Part shown: positions 28,027 through 37,849 of the stretch, piece by piece
How the letters are laid out: the number at the start of each line of letters is the position of its first letter
Numbering within the stretch: the first letter of the stretch is position 1
Source: Thermoplasmata archaeon
GTDB taxonomy: Archaea; Thermoplasmatota; Thermoplasmata; Lutacidiplasmatales; UBA184
NCBI GenBank assembly: GCA_033854115.1
Contig: JAWOKS010000027.1
Location: 17,290 to 81,289, forward strand
Length of the DNA stretch: 64,000 bases
Reading direction: 5' to 3'
Made by a program: the position numbers and the translations under genes
Notes under the pieces: model-generated
Database searches by the model: none
Told to the model about the DNA's origin: nothing
What the model saw: only the letters and a program-made list of their open reading frames with translations

Positions 28027-29331
28027 CTACAGCGCGGTAACGACGCTCGACTCCACCGGGGAGCCGACGCCCGTGCAGGCGTCGTACCCGGAGCTCGCGT
28101 AGTAGTGGCCGTTGTTCCCGCTCGTGATGTCGTGCACGTCCGAGGTCCCCAGCATGCCGTAGAGCAGACCGTGGACGGACCCACCGTTCAGGTTGGACGC
28201 TCCGGCCGACAGCGCGTCGGCGAAGATCGCCGCCCACTGCGGCGCGGCCGCGCTTGTCCCCCCGACCTGCACCCAGCCGCTGTAGCCGGAGGTGTCGTAG
28301 ACCCAGAATCCCGTGTAGGGGCTCGCGTCGTAGGCGATGTCCGGGACGGCCCGGCCCGTCGGGGTCGACGATCCCGTGGAGGTGGTGACCGAGATGCCGT
28401 GGGAGCTCTGGTAGCTCGGCTCGGCGAAGCAGGTGCTGACCCCACCGCCGGTCGCGCCGGAGGCGTCGTTCCAGACGGTCTCGCTGCTCCAGGCGTACGA
28501 GGCCGTGGTCTTGAGGTTCGTTCCGCCGGCGCCGACCACGCTCGGATCCGCGCTCGGGTAGTCGACCGTGGGGGCCGAGGTCCCGTCATTGGCCCCACTG
28601 TCGCCCGAGGCGGCGACGGGGATCGCGCCCGCGCTCGCCGCGTTCGCGAAGTAGGTCGACTCGGAAGCCTCGGTCGCGCACCCGAGGCTGCTCTCCGCCG
28701 CCCCCCAGCTCATCGAGATGACCTTCGCGCCGTGCTGCACGGCGTAGGGCACGGCGTCGTTCACGAGGTAGGTGAGCGAGCTCGACGGGGTGACGATCAG
28801 GAGGATCGACGCCGCCGGGGCCATCGCGTGCGCCCACTCGACGTCGAGGGATGTCTCGAGGCCCCAGCCCGAGTTCTTGCCGTGGGTCCCGCCGAACGGC
28901 TGGACCACCTGGAGGTTCGGTGCCGGCAGTCCGAAGACCTGGTCGAAGCAGCTGAGATCGCTCGAGAGCGAGGGGCTGCCGTACGCGTCGATGATCGCGA
29001 TGGTCTCTCCGGCGCCCGCGGCGGACGAATAGGAGTAGGCGGACCGGATCTCGCTCGGAGTGTAGGCGACGCCGTTGGGCGCTGGGAGCGAGGTCTTGCA
29101 GGACGTAGAACCGGTTGCATGAGGGCTCGCAAGTGGACCGGGGTTCACCACGCTGACGAAGGGCACGGCCGACGGGAGGAGGGCCGGTCCGGTCGCGGGA
29201 TGCGCGGAGGCGGCCGGTGCGACGCCAGGGAGCGCCGCGAAGCCGAACGCTGCTACCGCCAAAGCGACCAACCAGGCCGCCGAAGAGGTTCGTCGATTGT
29301 TGGCACCGTTCTTGGGCGCCCTGGGAACCAT
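28027..29331 (-). CDS. secreted S53 family peptidase (sedolisin/kumamolisin-like)
   Basis: Signal peptide present. Pro-domain motif TPSEIRSAYSY...GETIAIIDAYGSPSLSSDLSCFDQVFGLP. Catalytic Ser motif GGTSAAAPQWAAIFA. Confidence 0.75.
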   Translation of the reverse strand: MVPRAPKNGANNRRTSSAAWLVALAVAAFGFAALPGVAPAASAHPATGPALLPSAVPFVSVVNPGPLASPHATGSTSCKTSLPAPNGVAYTPSEIRSAYSYSSAAGAGETIAIIDAYGSPSLSSDLSCFDQVFGLPAPNLQVVQPFGGTHGKNSGWGLETSLDVEWAHAMAPAASILLIVTPSSSLTYLVNDAVPYAVQHGAKVISMSWGAAESSLGCATEASESTYFANAASAGAIPVAASGDSGANDGTSAPTVDYPSADPSVVGAGGTNLKTTASYAWSSETVWNDASGATGGGVSTCFAEPSYQSSHGISVTTSTGSSTPTGRAVPDIAYDASPYTGFWVYDTSGYSGWVQVGGTSAAAPQWAAIFADALSAGASNLNGGSVHGLLYGMLGTSDVHDITSGNNGHYYASSGYDACTGVGSPVESSVVTAL

Positions 29332-29846
29332 GCGCGCGCCATGCTACAGCTTGGCTATGAACCTACCGAACATGTTCGGTGCGGACGGGCCGTCGTTACC
29401 CTGGGTCGGTCGCCGGCGGGCCCCGTCGACATCGCGGCCCTTTCTCCCGGTCGCCTCTCGAAGGCGAACCCCAAGCCTACCGTGCGGGCGATCGTCGAGG
29501 GTCGGGGGGCCTCGGACCCCGAGATGGTGCCGGCGTGCGTCGGCGACGCCGCGGGCCCGGTACGGGACGGTCAGTGCCCTAGGGGGACCGTTCTTCACCT
29601 CACCGAGCCGGCCGGCCCTCCGCGCCGCGGAGACAACGAGTTCGCGGGGTCGGGTGCGGTCTATCCTAGCCCTCGTCGGGAACCGCCCGACTCCGGAAGT
29701 CCCCGAGATTCCCCCTGGGTCGCAAGCGCTATATTCGACCCATGATGCGCGTTAGCACACCGCACTCCGTGCGGGTGCAGCGAGGACTCCGCGGAAGTCA
29801 CGGAGGCTCCTCCAAGTGTGCCCTCTCGGGGTCGGGCGAGGACGAA

Positions 29847-31685
29847 ATGAGAACCACCCGTTGGGGGATCCTGAGCCTGGCGGCGGCGATCGGTGTGGTC
29901 GTCACCCTCCTGCTCGGGGCCATCCCCGGATTGCCGACGGCCCATCCCGGGGCCGCCGCGGCCGCGCCAACCGTTTCGTGGAATCCGGCGGCGGGAAGCC
30001 GGTTCCATGCGCCCCTTTCGACCATGGGCTTCTACGCCACGACCGGAACACTCCCCGCGGACGCTGGACTCTCCGCCCAGACGGCCCCCGCTCTCGCCCC
30101 GGCGGTCGGGGGAGGATCAGGGAGCGTCGCGGTCAATGCACTGCGGTACACCACGGACCTGAGCTACCTGCCCCAGACCGAGACCACGCTCGCCGTGGGC
30201 TCCTCGGGGACGCAGACCGTCCTCCTGGGAGGGGTCAACGACGGCCGCTGGTTCTTCTGCAGCACCACGTTCGGGGCCGCGCTCCCGGCCGCCGACTGCC
30301 CGAGCGGCTGGACGTACTCGCTCTCGGGCTTCACGATCGGGACGCCCGGCACGAACGCGACGACCTCGACCGTCACGATGAGCGACGACCTGCCTGGGCT
30401 CCTGTACTCCTCGACCGTCAACCCGACGTTCGACGGCTTCTTGGCTTCGTGGGGCGACCCGTCCGTGGCGTTCGACCCCGCCAACCATCAGTTCTACTAC
30501 GCGTCGCTCGCGATCGACCCCTTCACCAACAACAACGGGATCGAGCTCGCCGCCACGACCTCGGCGTTCTGGAGCAACCCCGCGTCCTGCGTGACGACCC
30601 AAGCGACCCCCTGGGCCAATCCGTGCTGGTCCGCGTCACTCGTCTTCGGCAACCTCTCCGGGTTCATCGCGAACGGGAAGGCGTCCCACGTTCCCACGTC
30701 GTTCGAAGACAAGGAACTGATCGCGATCGACCAGGACCCCGCATCGAGCTACTACGGCGACATCTACGTCACGTGGGACCACTTCTACGGCTCGGGGCTC
30801 AGCTCCGGGTTTGCCGCCCGGTGCACGCCGGCGCTCAGCTGCACGATGCTCTCGGGCGGCGGCGCGCCGAAGCTCACGGGTACGGACCCATTCGTGGCGT
30901 TCACCACACCTGCCGTGGGCACGGACGGTAGCCTGCACGTGACGTGGTGCAACTACGGAACGGCCACGACCCTCGGACCGATCAGCTGCCGCGTGCGCAG
31001 CTCGCCCGCGGGCGGGACGTCCTTCGGGACGACCGCGACGGTACTGAGCTTCGAGGGAACGGGAACGACCTTCCCGAACTACGTCGGCCTGGTCGGCTTC
31101 GCGACCGAGCAGTTCCGGACCGATTCGGTCCCGTCGCTCGCGGTCGCGCCGAGCGGGGCGCTCTACTTCACCATCGCCGCCTGCTCGGGCGCCCAGACCT
31201 ACTACGAGTTCAGCGCGCCCGCGCTCCCGGGTAACTGCGGTCAGTCGACGGTCCTCTTTTCGCGCTCGACCGACGGCGGAGCGACCTGGTCGAGCCCCGT
31301 GGGGATCTCACCGGGCTCGGCGTGGGTCAACGTCCAGCCGTGGGTCACGGTGGACAGTTCGAACGGCGCGGTGGTCGTCACCTACTACACGACGGCCTTC
31401 GACCCGTTCCAGCACCTCACGGACGTGCTCGCCTCCGTCTCGTTCGACGGCGGGTCGACGTTCACGAACGTGCGCGTGACGAACGTCTCCGACGAGCCGA
31501 ACTCGGACCCGGGGATGTTCTACTACCCCTCCACGTTCGGCGGCTCGTGGCTCGCGCCGCAGTACGGTGACTACTTCCAGTCGATCGCCGCGAACGGGCA
31601 GATCTGGACCCTGTTCACGGGCAACTACGCGACCGAGCTCGGGGTCTTCCAGGCGGACCCCTTCCTCGCGAGCGCGAGCGAGTAG
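29847..31685 (+). CDS. secreted BNR/Asp-box repeat protein (sialidase-like beta-propeller)
   Basis: Signal peptide MRTTRWGILSLAAAIGVVVTLLLGA. Asp-box motifs SRSTDGGATWSSP and SFDGGSTFTNV. Confidence 0.7.
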   Translation: MRTTRWGILSLAAAIGVVVTLLLGAIPGLPTAHPGAAAAAPTVSWNPAAGSRFHAPLSTMGFYATTGTLPADAGLSAQTAPALAPAVGGGSGSVAVNALRYTTDLSYLPQTETTLAVGSSGTQTVLLGGVNDGRWFFCSTTFGAALPAADCPSGWTYSLSGFTIGTPGTNATTSTVTMSDDLPGLLYSSTVNPTFDGFLASWGDPSVAFDPANHQFYYASLAIDPFTNNNGIELAATTSAFWSNPASCVTTQATPWANPCWSASLVFGNLSGFIANGKASHVPTSFEDKELIAIDQDPASSYYGDIYVTWDHFYGSGLSSGFAARCTPALSCTMLSGGGAPKLTGTDPFVAFTTPAVGTDGSLHVTWCNYGTATTLGPISCRVRSSPAGGTSFGTTATVLSFEGTGTTFPNYVGLVGFATEQFRTDSVPSLAVAPSGALYFTIAACSGAQTYYEFSAPALPGNCGQSTVLFSRSTDGGATWSSPVGISPGSAWVNVQPWVTVDSSNGAVVVTYYTTAFDPFQHLTDVLASVSFDGGSTFTNVRVTNVSDEPNSDPGMFYYPSTFGGSWLAPQYGDYFQSIAANGQIWTLFTGNYATELGVFQADPFLASASE

Positions 31686-31834
31686 GATCGAGGTTGCGCA
31701 CGAGAACGGCCCCGTCGTCCAACCCTTTCCTCCGTTCTCCCCTTGTCCGAGCGGTCGTGCCCTCCCGACGTGCTCCAGGATCCCCACGGTTGTACGCCTC
31801 CCCCCACGCAGCCGGCTCGGCCCTCCGGGTGGTG

Positions 31835-31891
31835 GGGGGAGCCCCCCAGCGTGCGGGGGGAGCCCCCCAGCGTGCGGGGGGACCCCTCGAG
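31835..31891. repeat. tandem ~21-bp repeat (2.5 copies); each unit is a GGGGG-AGC-CCCCC hairpin
   Basis: gggggagccccccagcgtgc / ggggggagccccccagcgtgc / ggggggacccc read directly. Intergenic, between the BNR gene and the nhaP-like gene. Confidence 0.5.
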
Positions 31892-31955
31892 AGGGGGCGC
31901 CTTGGAACGGGAACTCTAAGGAGCCGGGGCCCTCGTCCCGTGAGCGGACGGCTCG

Positions 31956-33200
31956 ATGGTCGCGATCACGCCCCTCCTCGTGCTCCTCGTCGTCGCGGCC
32001 CTCATCGTCCTCATCGCGAAGCAGCTTCGGGTCCCGTACACCGTCGCCCTCCTCCTGCTCGGGCTCGGGATCGGGCTCGCCGGGTCCGTCGTGGGATTCA
32101 CCCCGCTCGAGTCGGCCGTGCGGGAGCTCCTGTCGCCGGGCCTCTTCTTCGACCTGATCCTGCCCCCCATCATCTTCGAGGCCGCCCTCCACGTGAAGTT
32201 CCCGCTCCTGCGGCGCCGGGCGGGGCTGATCCTCTCGCTCGCGTTCCTCGGTGTGATCTTCACGACCCTCTTCACCGGCACGCTCGTCGCCTACGTGACG
32301 GCGCTGCCGATCGCGGCCGCGTTCCTCCTCGCCGCGATCCTCTCCCCGACCGATCCGATCGCGATCGTCGACCTGTTCCGACGGCTGCGCGTCCCCGAGG
32401 AGCTCTCCACGATCGTGGAGAGCGAGGCGCTGCTCAACGATGCGGCGGGGGTCATCCTGTTCGTGGTCCTGCTCCAGCTCATTCGCACCGGCACGACGGA
32501 CCCGTTGTTCGCGGCCGGCCAGTTCGCCTTCCTCACCCTCGGCGGGGTCGCGATGGGGCTCGCGGTCGCGGGGCTCGTCTACCTTCTCCACCGCGAGCTC
32601 CATGACCCGGCCGTCGAGACCGCCCTCTCGGTCGTGACCGCGTACGGCGCGTTCCTCCTCGCACAGGCGATCGGGGCGTCCGGGATCATCGCGTGCGCGA
32701 TCGCCGGGGTCGCGGTCGGCAGCTACGTCGCCCCACGCGCGATGGACCCCGAGGTGCGCCACTCGCTCTTCGACTTCTGGAGCGTGATCGTCTACGTCGC
32801 GAACTCGCTGATCTTCCTCGCGATGGGGATCGTGATCGCGCACAGCCAGGTGCTCGCCTACCTCGGCCTCATCGCGGCGGTCGTCGTCGTGATGACCGTC
32901 GGGCGCGCCGCGTTCGTCTTCCTGCACCGTCCGCTCTCCGTCCGCGGCCGCACGCGTCTCCCGCCCTCCTGGTACCACATCATCGCGATCTCGGGGATCC
33001 GGGGAGCGATCCCGGTGGTCCTCGCGTTGTCGCTGCTCTCCACCTCGACCGGTCTCGGTTCGTCCTCGGTCGACGCGATCGTCGCGAGCGTCCTCGGCGT
33101 CGCGTTCGTCTCGATCGTCGCCGGGAACCTCGTCGCCGACTGGTACGTGAAGCGCGCCTTCCCCGGTCCGGCCGGCGGAACGCCGGGGGTCCCCCGCTAG
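31956..33200 (+). CDS. Na+/H+ antiporter, CPA1 (NhaP-type) family
   Basis: About 12 TM. Motifs LSPTDPIA and IVESEALLNDAAGVILF are typical of NhaP/NHE antiporters. Confidence 0.8.
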   Translation: MVAITPLLVLLVVAALIVLIAKQLRVPYTVALLLLGLGIGLAGSVVGFTPLESAVRELLSPGLFFDLILPPIIFEAALHVKFPLLRRRAGLILSLAFLGVIFTTLFTGTLVAYVTALPIAAAFLLAAILSPTDPIAIVDLFRRLRVPEELSTIVESEALLNDAAGVILFVVLLQLIRTGTTDPLFAAGQFAFLTLGGVAMGLAVAGLVYLLHRELHDPAVETALSVVTAYGAFLLAQAIGASGIIACAIAGVAVGSYVAPRAMDPEVRHSLFDFWSVIVYVANSLIFLAMGIVIAHSQVLAYLGLIAAVVVVMTVGRAAFVFLHRPLSVRGRTRLPPSWYHIIAISGIRGAIPVVLALSLLSTSTGLGSSSVDAIVASVLGVAFVSIVAGNLVADWYVKRAFPGPAGGTPGVPR

Positions 33201-34219
33201 GGCCGGACGACCGTCCGAAAGCCCTCGCCGCGCCGCAGGCGGTCGGCGGCCGACGCGATTTCGCCGAGCGGCACGTGCGCCGTCACGACCGGCCCGAGCT
33301 GGAGGCGGCCCGAGCGGACGAGCTCCACCACCCGGGGGTAGTCGGACGGGCGGCAACCGAGGGAGCCGATCACCGAGTACTCGAGGAACATGACGCGGTG
33401 GGCGGGAAGCACGGCGGGAGCCGAGCTGTACCCGACAAGGCAGAGCCGCCCGCCGCGTCGCAGCGCGGCGAACCCGAGCGCGATCGTCGTGGGGTGGCCC
33501 ACCACCTCGAGCGCGACGTCGGCGCCGTCGCCCCACAGGCGACGGATCTCCTTCGCCGGGTCCTCGACCTGGCCGGGGTTCAGCGTCGCCCGGGCCCCGA
33601 GCTTCCTCGCGACCTCGAGCTTCGCCTCGTTGAGATCGAGCGCGACCACGTCGGCCCCGGCCGCGACCGCGACCTGGACGACGTTGATCCCGACGCCCCC
33701 GCAGCCGACGACGACGACCCGCTCCCCCGGCCGGACCTGGGCGCGGCGGACGACCGCGTGGTAGGGGGTGGTGAGCGCATCGGCGATGACGCAGCCGTCG
33801 ATCGGGTCGATCCCGGCCGGCAGCGGGACGAGGTCCCGCGCCGGGGCGACGACGAACTCCGCGAACCCGCCGTCGACGTGGTTCCCGAGCATCCGGAGCT
33901 TCGGGCAGATGTTCTCCCGGCCCGTGCGGCAGTACTCACATCGGCCGCAGGGCAGCACGGCGGGCACGAGCACGTGGTCGCCGACGGCGACCCCGTCCGC
34001 GCCGGGTCCGAGCGCCTCGACGCGACCGGAGATCTCGTGGCCGAGGATGAGGGGCGGGGGCTTCGCGGTCGGCACGCCGTGGTCGAGGTAGTGGAGGTCG
34101 GTGTGGCAGAACCCGCAGCCGAGGACCTCGAGGCGGGCCTCGCCCGGTCCCGGTACCGGGGTCGGCACCTCCCCGACCTCGAGCGGCTTGCCGGCCGCTC
34201 GCAGCACCGCCGCGCGCAC
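33197..34219 (-). CDS. Zn-dependent alcohol dehydrogenase (MDR superfamily)
   Basis: GCGFCHTDLHY (catalytic Zn), CGRCEYCRTGRENIC (structural Zn), Rossmann VVVGCGGVGINVVQ. GTG start at 34219, 2 nt after the upstream crotonase stop. Confidence 0.8.
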   Translation of the reverse strand: MRAAVLRAAGKPLEVGEVPTPVPGPGEARLEVLGCGFCHTDLHYLDHGVPTAKPPPLILGHEISGRVEALGPGADGVAVGDHVLVPAVLPCGRCEYCRTGRENICPKLRMLGNHVDGGFAEFVVAPARDLVPLPAGIDPIDGCVIADALTTPYHAVVRRAQVRPGERVVVVGCGGVGINVVQVAVAAGADVVALDLNEAKLEVARKLGARATLNPGQVEDPAKEIRRLWGDGADVALEVVGHPTTIALGFAALRRGGRLCLVGYSSAPAVLPAHRVMFLEYSVIGSLGCRPSDYPRVVELVRSGRLQLGPVVTAHVPLGEIASAADRLRRGEGFRTVVRP

Positions 34220-34221
34220 GG

Positions 34222-34998
34222 TCAGGCCCTCCCCGGGGCCGGCCAGACCGCCGGGCGCTTCTCGAGGAACGCCCGCAACCCCTCGTCCGCGTCGGGGAGC
34301 GCAAGGAGCCCGTCCACGTAGAGCCGCTCGGCGGCGACGAGCGGACCCCAGGGAAGGTCGGCCCGGATCCGCATCGCCCGCTTGAGGAGGACGAGCGTCT
34401 CGCGGCGGAAGCCCGAGAGCCGGTCGGTCGCCCCCCGGACCTCGGCATCCAGCGCCTCGTCCGCCGCGACGCGCGAGACGAGCCCGAGCGCGAGCGCCTG
34501 CTCGGCCCCGATCGTCTCGCCGAGCAGGAGGAGGTCCGCCGCCCGCTTCGGCCCGAGCCGCTCCGGGGCCGTGACGGCGGCGAGGGGCGGGAAGACGCCG
34601 AGGCGCACCTCGGGCTGCCCGAACGTGGCCGAACGCGCGGCGAAGGCGAGGTCGCACGCCTCGAGGAGCTCGAGCCCCCCGCCAAGGCACGGCCCCTCGA
34701 CCGCGGCGAGCGTCGGCGCGGGGACCTCGGCGATCGCACGGAGGACCTCGTGGAACGCCCGGAACATCGGCCGGACCCTCTCGGGAAGATGGTCCTCGAC
34801 CGCAAAGCCGGCGCTCCAGCGATGGTCCGCGCCCTCGAGGACGACAACGTGGGCGGAGCGCACGGGCTCGGTGCGGAGGGCGCGGGCGAGGTCGTCGAGG
34901 AGGGCCGTGTCGAAGACGTTGAGCGGAGGACGGGACCAGGTGACGGTCGCCCGCGCGCCCTCTCGGTCGACCTCGACCGAACCTCGGGCCGCCGGCAT
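34222..34998 (-). CDS. enoyl-CoA hydratase/isomerase (crotonase) family protein
   Basis: 258 aa. Crotonase oxyanion-hole segments WSAGFAVED and EGPCLGGGLELLEACDLAFAARSATFGQPE. Confidence 0.75.
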   Translation of the reverse strand: MPAARGSVEVDREGARATVTWSRPPLNVFDTALLDDLARALRTEPVRSAHVVVLEGADHRWSAGFAVEDHLPERVRPMFRAFHEVLRAIAEVPAPTLAAVEGPCLGGGLELLEACDLAFAARSATFGQPEVRLGVFPPLAAVTAPERLGPKRAADLLLLGETIGAEQALALGLVSRVAADEALDAEVRGATDRLSGFRRETLVLLKRAMRIRADLPWGPLVAAERLYVDGLLALPDADEGLRAFLEKRPAVWPAPGRA

Positions 34999-35006
34999 CG
35001 GTCGCC

Positions 35007-36242
35007 TCACTCCCAGAGGATCGACTCGACGAACGTCTCGAGCTGCAGGCGCACCTGCTCGTAGGCGGTCGACCGCTCCTCGAACTCGAGGTGGAGGTAC
35101 GGGACCTTCTGGCGGTCGAGCGCGCGTCGGTAGAGGACGACATCCTCGAGCGCGGGCTCGCAGAACTTCGCCGTGAGGAAGATCACCGCCTGGGCGCGGG
35201 ACGACTCCACCCGGCGGAGGATCGCCTCCCCCTTCGTGGTGGGGGCGGCGCGGACCCCGAGGTCGATCGGGCTCCGGACGTAGGCGGAGGCGAGCTCGAC
35301 GAGCGGGTCGCCCCCGGGGCCTACCCGGTCGTACCAGGCGTAGCTCTGGAGGAGGTCGTCCTCGACCACGGAGCAGCCGACCTGCTCGATGAGGTCGAGC
35401 AGGTCGAGCGTCGGTTGCTCGCAGAACGGTCCCACGAGGAGCACTCGGATCGCGTCGCGCCTCTTCGCGGGGCGGCGGGCGACCTCGGCGAGGGCACGCT
35501 CGACGAGCGGGACGTGGACCTCCCGCGGGAGGAGCCCGCCGAGGCGGCGGAGGAGGTAGGCCTCGAGGAACGTGAGCTGCTCGGGCTTCTCCCGGCGGAC
35601 CGTCGCGAGCTCGGCGAGGAGACGGCGCTGGGTGTCGAAGAGGCCCAGGGAGGCCGCGAGCCGCTCCGGGCGGTACGGCGCTCCGCCCGCGCGCTCGATC
35701 TTCGCGCTGAGCCGCCGGTACTCGGCCGTCAGGAACGGGACGGTCGCTGGCGAGCGGAAGTTCTGCGGCAGGTGCAGCATGTGGGTCACGGTGCCGGGGA
35801 GCTGGCGCGCCACGATCCCCTCGAGGTTGCGGCTCACGTCGCAGATGTAGGGGAAGACGAGGGCCCGGAACGGGGCGAGGCGGCCGGTGAGCGCGAGCTC
35901 GAGGGTCGACTTGCTGATCGAGCAGAGGAACGAGCCGAGCGCGGCGTCGGCGTGGCTGATCTCGACGCTCTCGCCTCCCCCGTGGAGGGCGACCGGGAGG
36001 AGCCCCTGGGCGTGGACGAGCTCGTGAGGTGTATAGACCGGGAAGCAGCCGACCGCGCCGCGCCCCCCGCGGGTCCACGCCCGCACGGTGGGATAGGTCG
36101 GGTCGGCGATCACCTCGCGCGCGAGCGCGGTGGCCGCCTCGAGCGACGGGGCGCGGCCGAACTCGGAGAGGTCGTCCGTGAGCTCGAGCGCGGGCGGGGC
36201 GTCCGTCCCGTCGATCGCCACGAGGCCCGAGGTTGCCGCCAT
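35007..36242 (-). CDS. 2-hydroxyacyl-CoA dehydratase / benzoyl-CoA reductase family subunit (HgdB/BcrB-like)
   Basis: 411 aa. CFPVYTPHELVHAQGLLP, FPYICDVSRN, LLVGPFCEQPTLDLLDLIEQVGCSVV and IFLTAKFCEP are typical of the HgdAB/BcrBC fold with its Cys ligands. Confidence 0.75.
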   Translation of the reverse strand: MAATSGLVAIDGTDAPPALELTDDLSEFGRAPSLEAATALAREVIADPTYPTVRAWTRGGRGAVGCFPVYTPHELVHAQGLLPVALHGGGESVEISHADAALGSFLCSISKSTLELALTGRLAPFRALVFPYICDVSRNLEGIVARQLPGTVTHMLHLPQNFRSPATVPFLTAEYRRLSAKIERAGGAPYRPERLAASLGLFDTQRRLLAELATVRREKPEQLTFLEAYLLRRLGGLLPREVHVPLVERALAEVARRPAKRRDAIRVLLVGPFCEQPTLDLLDLIEQVGCSVVEDDLLQSYAWYDRVGPGGDPLVELASAYVRSPIDLGVRAAPTTKGEAILRRVESSRAQAVIFLTAKFCEPALEDVVLYRRALDRQKVPYLHLEFEERSTAYEQVRLQLETFVESILWE

Positions 36243-36245
36243 CGT

Positions 36246-37064
36246 TCACCCGGGAGCGGCCGCGAGCGGGGTCGGGGCGGAGCCGAGCTTCGCGAGGCGC
36301 AGGTGGCCGAGGAGCGCCGCGCCGACCGCGGCGGCGTGGTGGGCCTCAGGGTCGGCGTGGACCGGCACGCCGGCGACCTTCTCGAGCGCGCGGACCATCG
36401 CCTCGCTGCGGACGAGCCCCCCGACGAGCGCGACCTCGGGCTCGATCCCCACGTAGCGCATCAGGATGAACGCGCGCTGCGCGAGCGAGAGGAAGACGCC
36501 CATGAGGATGTCCGGGAGCGGTACCTCCTCGGCGACGCTGTTGATGATCTCGGTCTCCGCGAGCACGGCGCAGACGCTCGAGATGAGGCGGGGCTTCGAC
36601 GAGGCGAGCGCGCGGCCGGCCATCTCCTCGAGCGGGATCTGGAGGTACTTCGCGCACCGGTCGACGAAGCGGCCCGCACCGGCCGCGCACTTCTCGTTCA
36701 TCTTGAACCGGACGACGCGGCCGGTCTCGCTCACGGAGACCGCGCGGGACGACTGGCTCCCGATGTCGACCACGTGCCGGGTCTTCGGACGGAGGAGGAC
36801 CGCCCCCCGCGCGGACGCCGTGATATCGCTCACCTGGAGGTGGCGGTCGGGGAACGCGTAGCGGGCGGCCCCTGTGGTGCAGAGGTAGTCGATCTCGCCC
36901 GGGACGACGTTCGCCTCCTCGGCGAGCCGCTCGAGCACGCGGCGCCCGGCGTCGACCGGGTTGCCCCGCGTCGGCACGAGCGCGCTCGCGAGCACCGTGC
37001 GACCGTCCTCGAGGAGGACCCCCTTCGTCGAGCCCGCCCCGAGGTCGAGGCCGCAGGTGATCAC
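36246..37064 (-). CDS. CoA-substrate-specific enzyme activase (BadF/BadG/BcrA/BcrD/HgdC ATPase), copy 1
   Basis: VITCGLDLGAGSTKGVLLED (ASKHA phosphate-1) and FKMNEKCAAGAGRFVD (cluster-Cys motif). GTGA overlap with the upstream activase. Confidence 0.8.
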   Translation of the reverse strand: MITCGLDLGAGSTKGVLLEDGRTVLASALVPTRGNPVDAGRRVLERLAEEANVVPGEIDYLCTTGAARYAFPDRHLQVSDITASARGAVLLRPKTRHVVDIGSQSSRAVSVSETGRVVRFKMNEKCAAGAGRFVDRCAKYLQIPLEEMAGRALASSKPRLISSVCAVLAETEIINSVAEEVPLPDILMGVFLSLAQRAFILMRYVGIEPEVALVGGLVRSEAMVRALEKVAGVPVHADPEAHHAAAVGAALLGHLRLAKLGSAPTPLAAAPG

Positions 37065-37849
37065 GGCGCTGCCCCCCCGCTCCGCTCCTGGCCGTAGAGC
37101 GCGGCCCCGATCGCGCCGAGGTACTGGGAGAGCGGGCTCACGTTGACCGGGAGACCGAGCCGCCGGTCGAGCGCCCGGACGACCCCCTCGTTCCGCGAGA
37201 CGCCCCCCGTGAACGTGACCTCGGGCTCGATCCCGACGCGCTGGAGGAGCGAGAACGAGCGGTTGACGATGCTCGCGTAGAGCCCGGCGAGGATGTCCCG
37301 CGGCTCCTTGCCGCGGGCCACGTAGGAGCTCACCTCCGATTCGGCGAAGACCGTGCATGTGTTGGTGACGCGGACCGGGTGACGGGCCCCCGCGGCGAGC
37401 GGGCCGATCTCGGAGACGTCGTAGCCGAGCGCCCCCGCGCAGACGTCGAGGAAGCGGCCGGTCCCCGCAGCGCACTTGTCGTTCATCGCGAAGTCGACGA
37501 CCTCGCCCCGCTCGTTGGTCCGGATCGCCTTTGTGTCCTGGCCCCCGATGTCGAGGACGAGGCGGGTCGACGGGTAGAGGAAGTGAGCGCCCTTCGCGTG
37601 GCAGCCGATCTCGGTCACCGTAAACTGGCCGAACGTGACCTTGAACCGGCCGTAGCCGGTCCCCGTGACGACGCCGACCTCGCCCCGGTCCCGCCCCGCG
37701 TCCGCGAGCGCCTGGGCGAGCGCGCGCTCCGCGTCCTTCACGAGCTCGACCCCGACCGGGGCCAGCGACTTCCCCACGAGGCGGTCCCCTTCGAGGAGCG
37801 CGCATTTCGCCGTCGTCGAGCCGATGTCGACGCCGGCGACGAGCGTCAC
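37061..37849 (-). CDS. CoA-substrate-specific enzyme activase (BadF/BadG/BcrA/BcrD/HgdC ATPase), copy 2 (distinct paralog)
   Basis: VTLVAGVDIGSTTAKCALLEGD and FAMNDKCAAGTGRFLD. GTGA overlap with the upstream HgdA-like gene. Confidence 0.8.
   Translation of the reverse strand: MTLVAGVDIGSTTAKCALLEGDRLVGKSLAPVGVELVKDAERALAQALADAGRDRGEVGVVTGTGYGRFKVTFGQFTVTEIGCHAKGAHFLYPSTRLVLDIGGQDTKAIRTNERGEVVDFAMNDKCAAGTGRFLDVCAGALGYDVSEIGPLAAGARHPVRVTNTCTVFAESEVSSYVARGKEPRDILAGLYASIVNRSFSLLQRVGIEPEVTFTGGVSRNEGVVRALDRRLGLPVNVSPLSQYLGAIGAALYGQERSGGAAP

Noticed and set aside
31308-33536. 742-aa minus-strand ORF antisense to the nhaP-like gene
   Set aside because: The plus-strand antiporter has clear CPA1 motifs and 12 TM helices. 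The antisense product is an Arg/Asp/Glu low-complexity string.
33197-35143. Single 648-aa ORF spanning the ADH and beyond
   Set aside because: Only the 3' 340 codons (from the GTG at 34219) encode the Zn-ADH. The 5' part is the out-of-frame shadow of the crotonase gene (34222..34998), whose own frame gives clear crotonase motifs.
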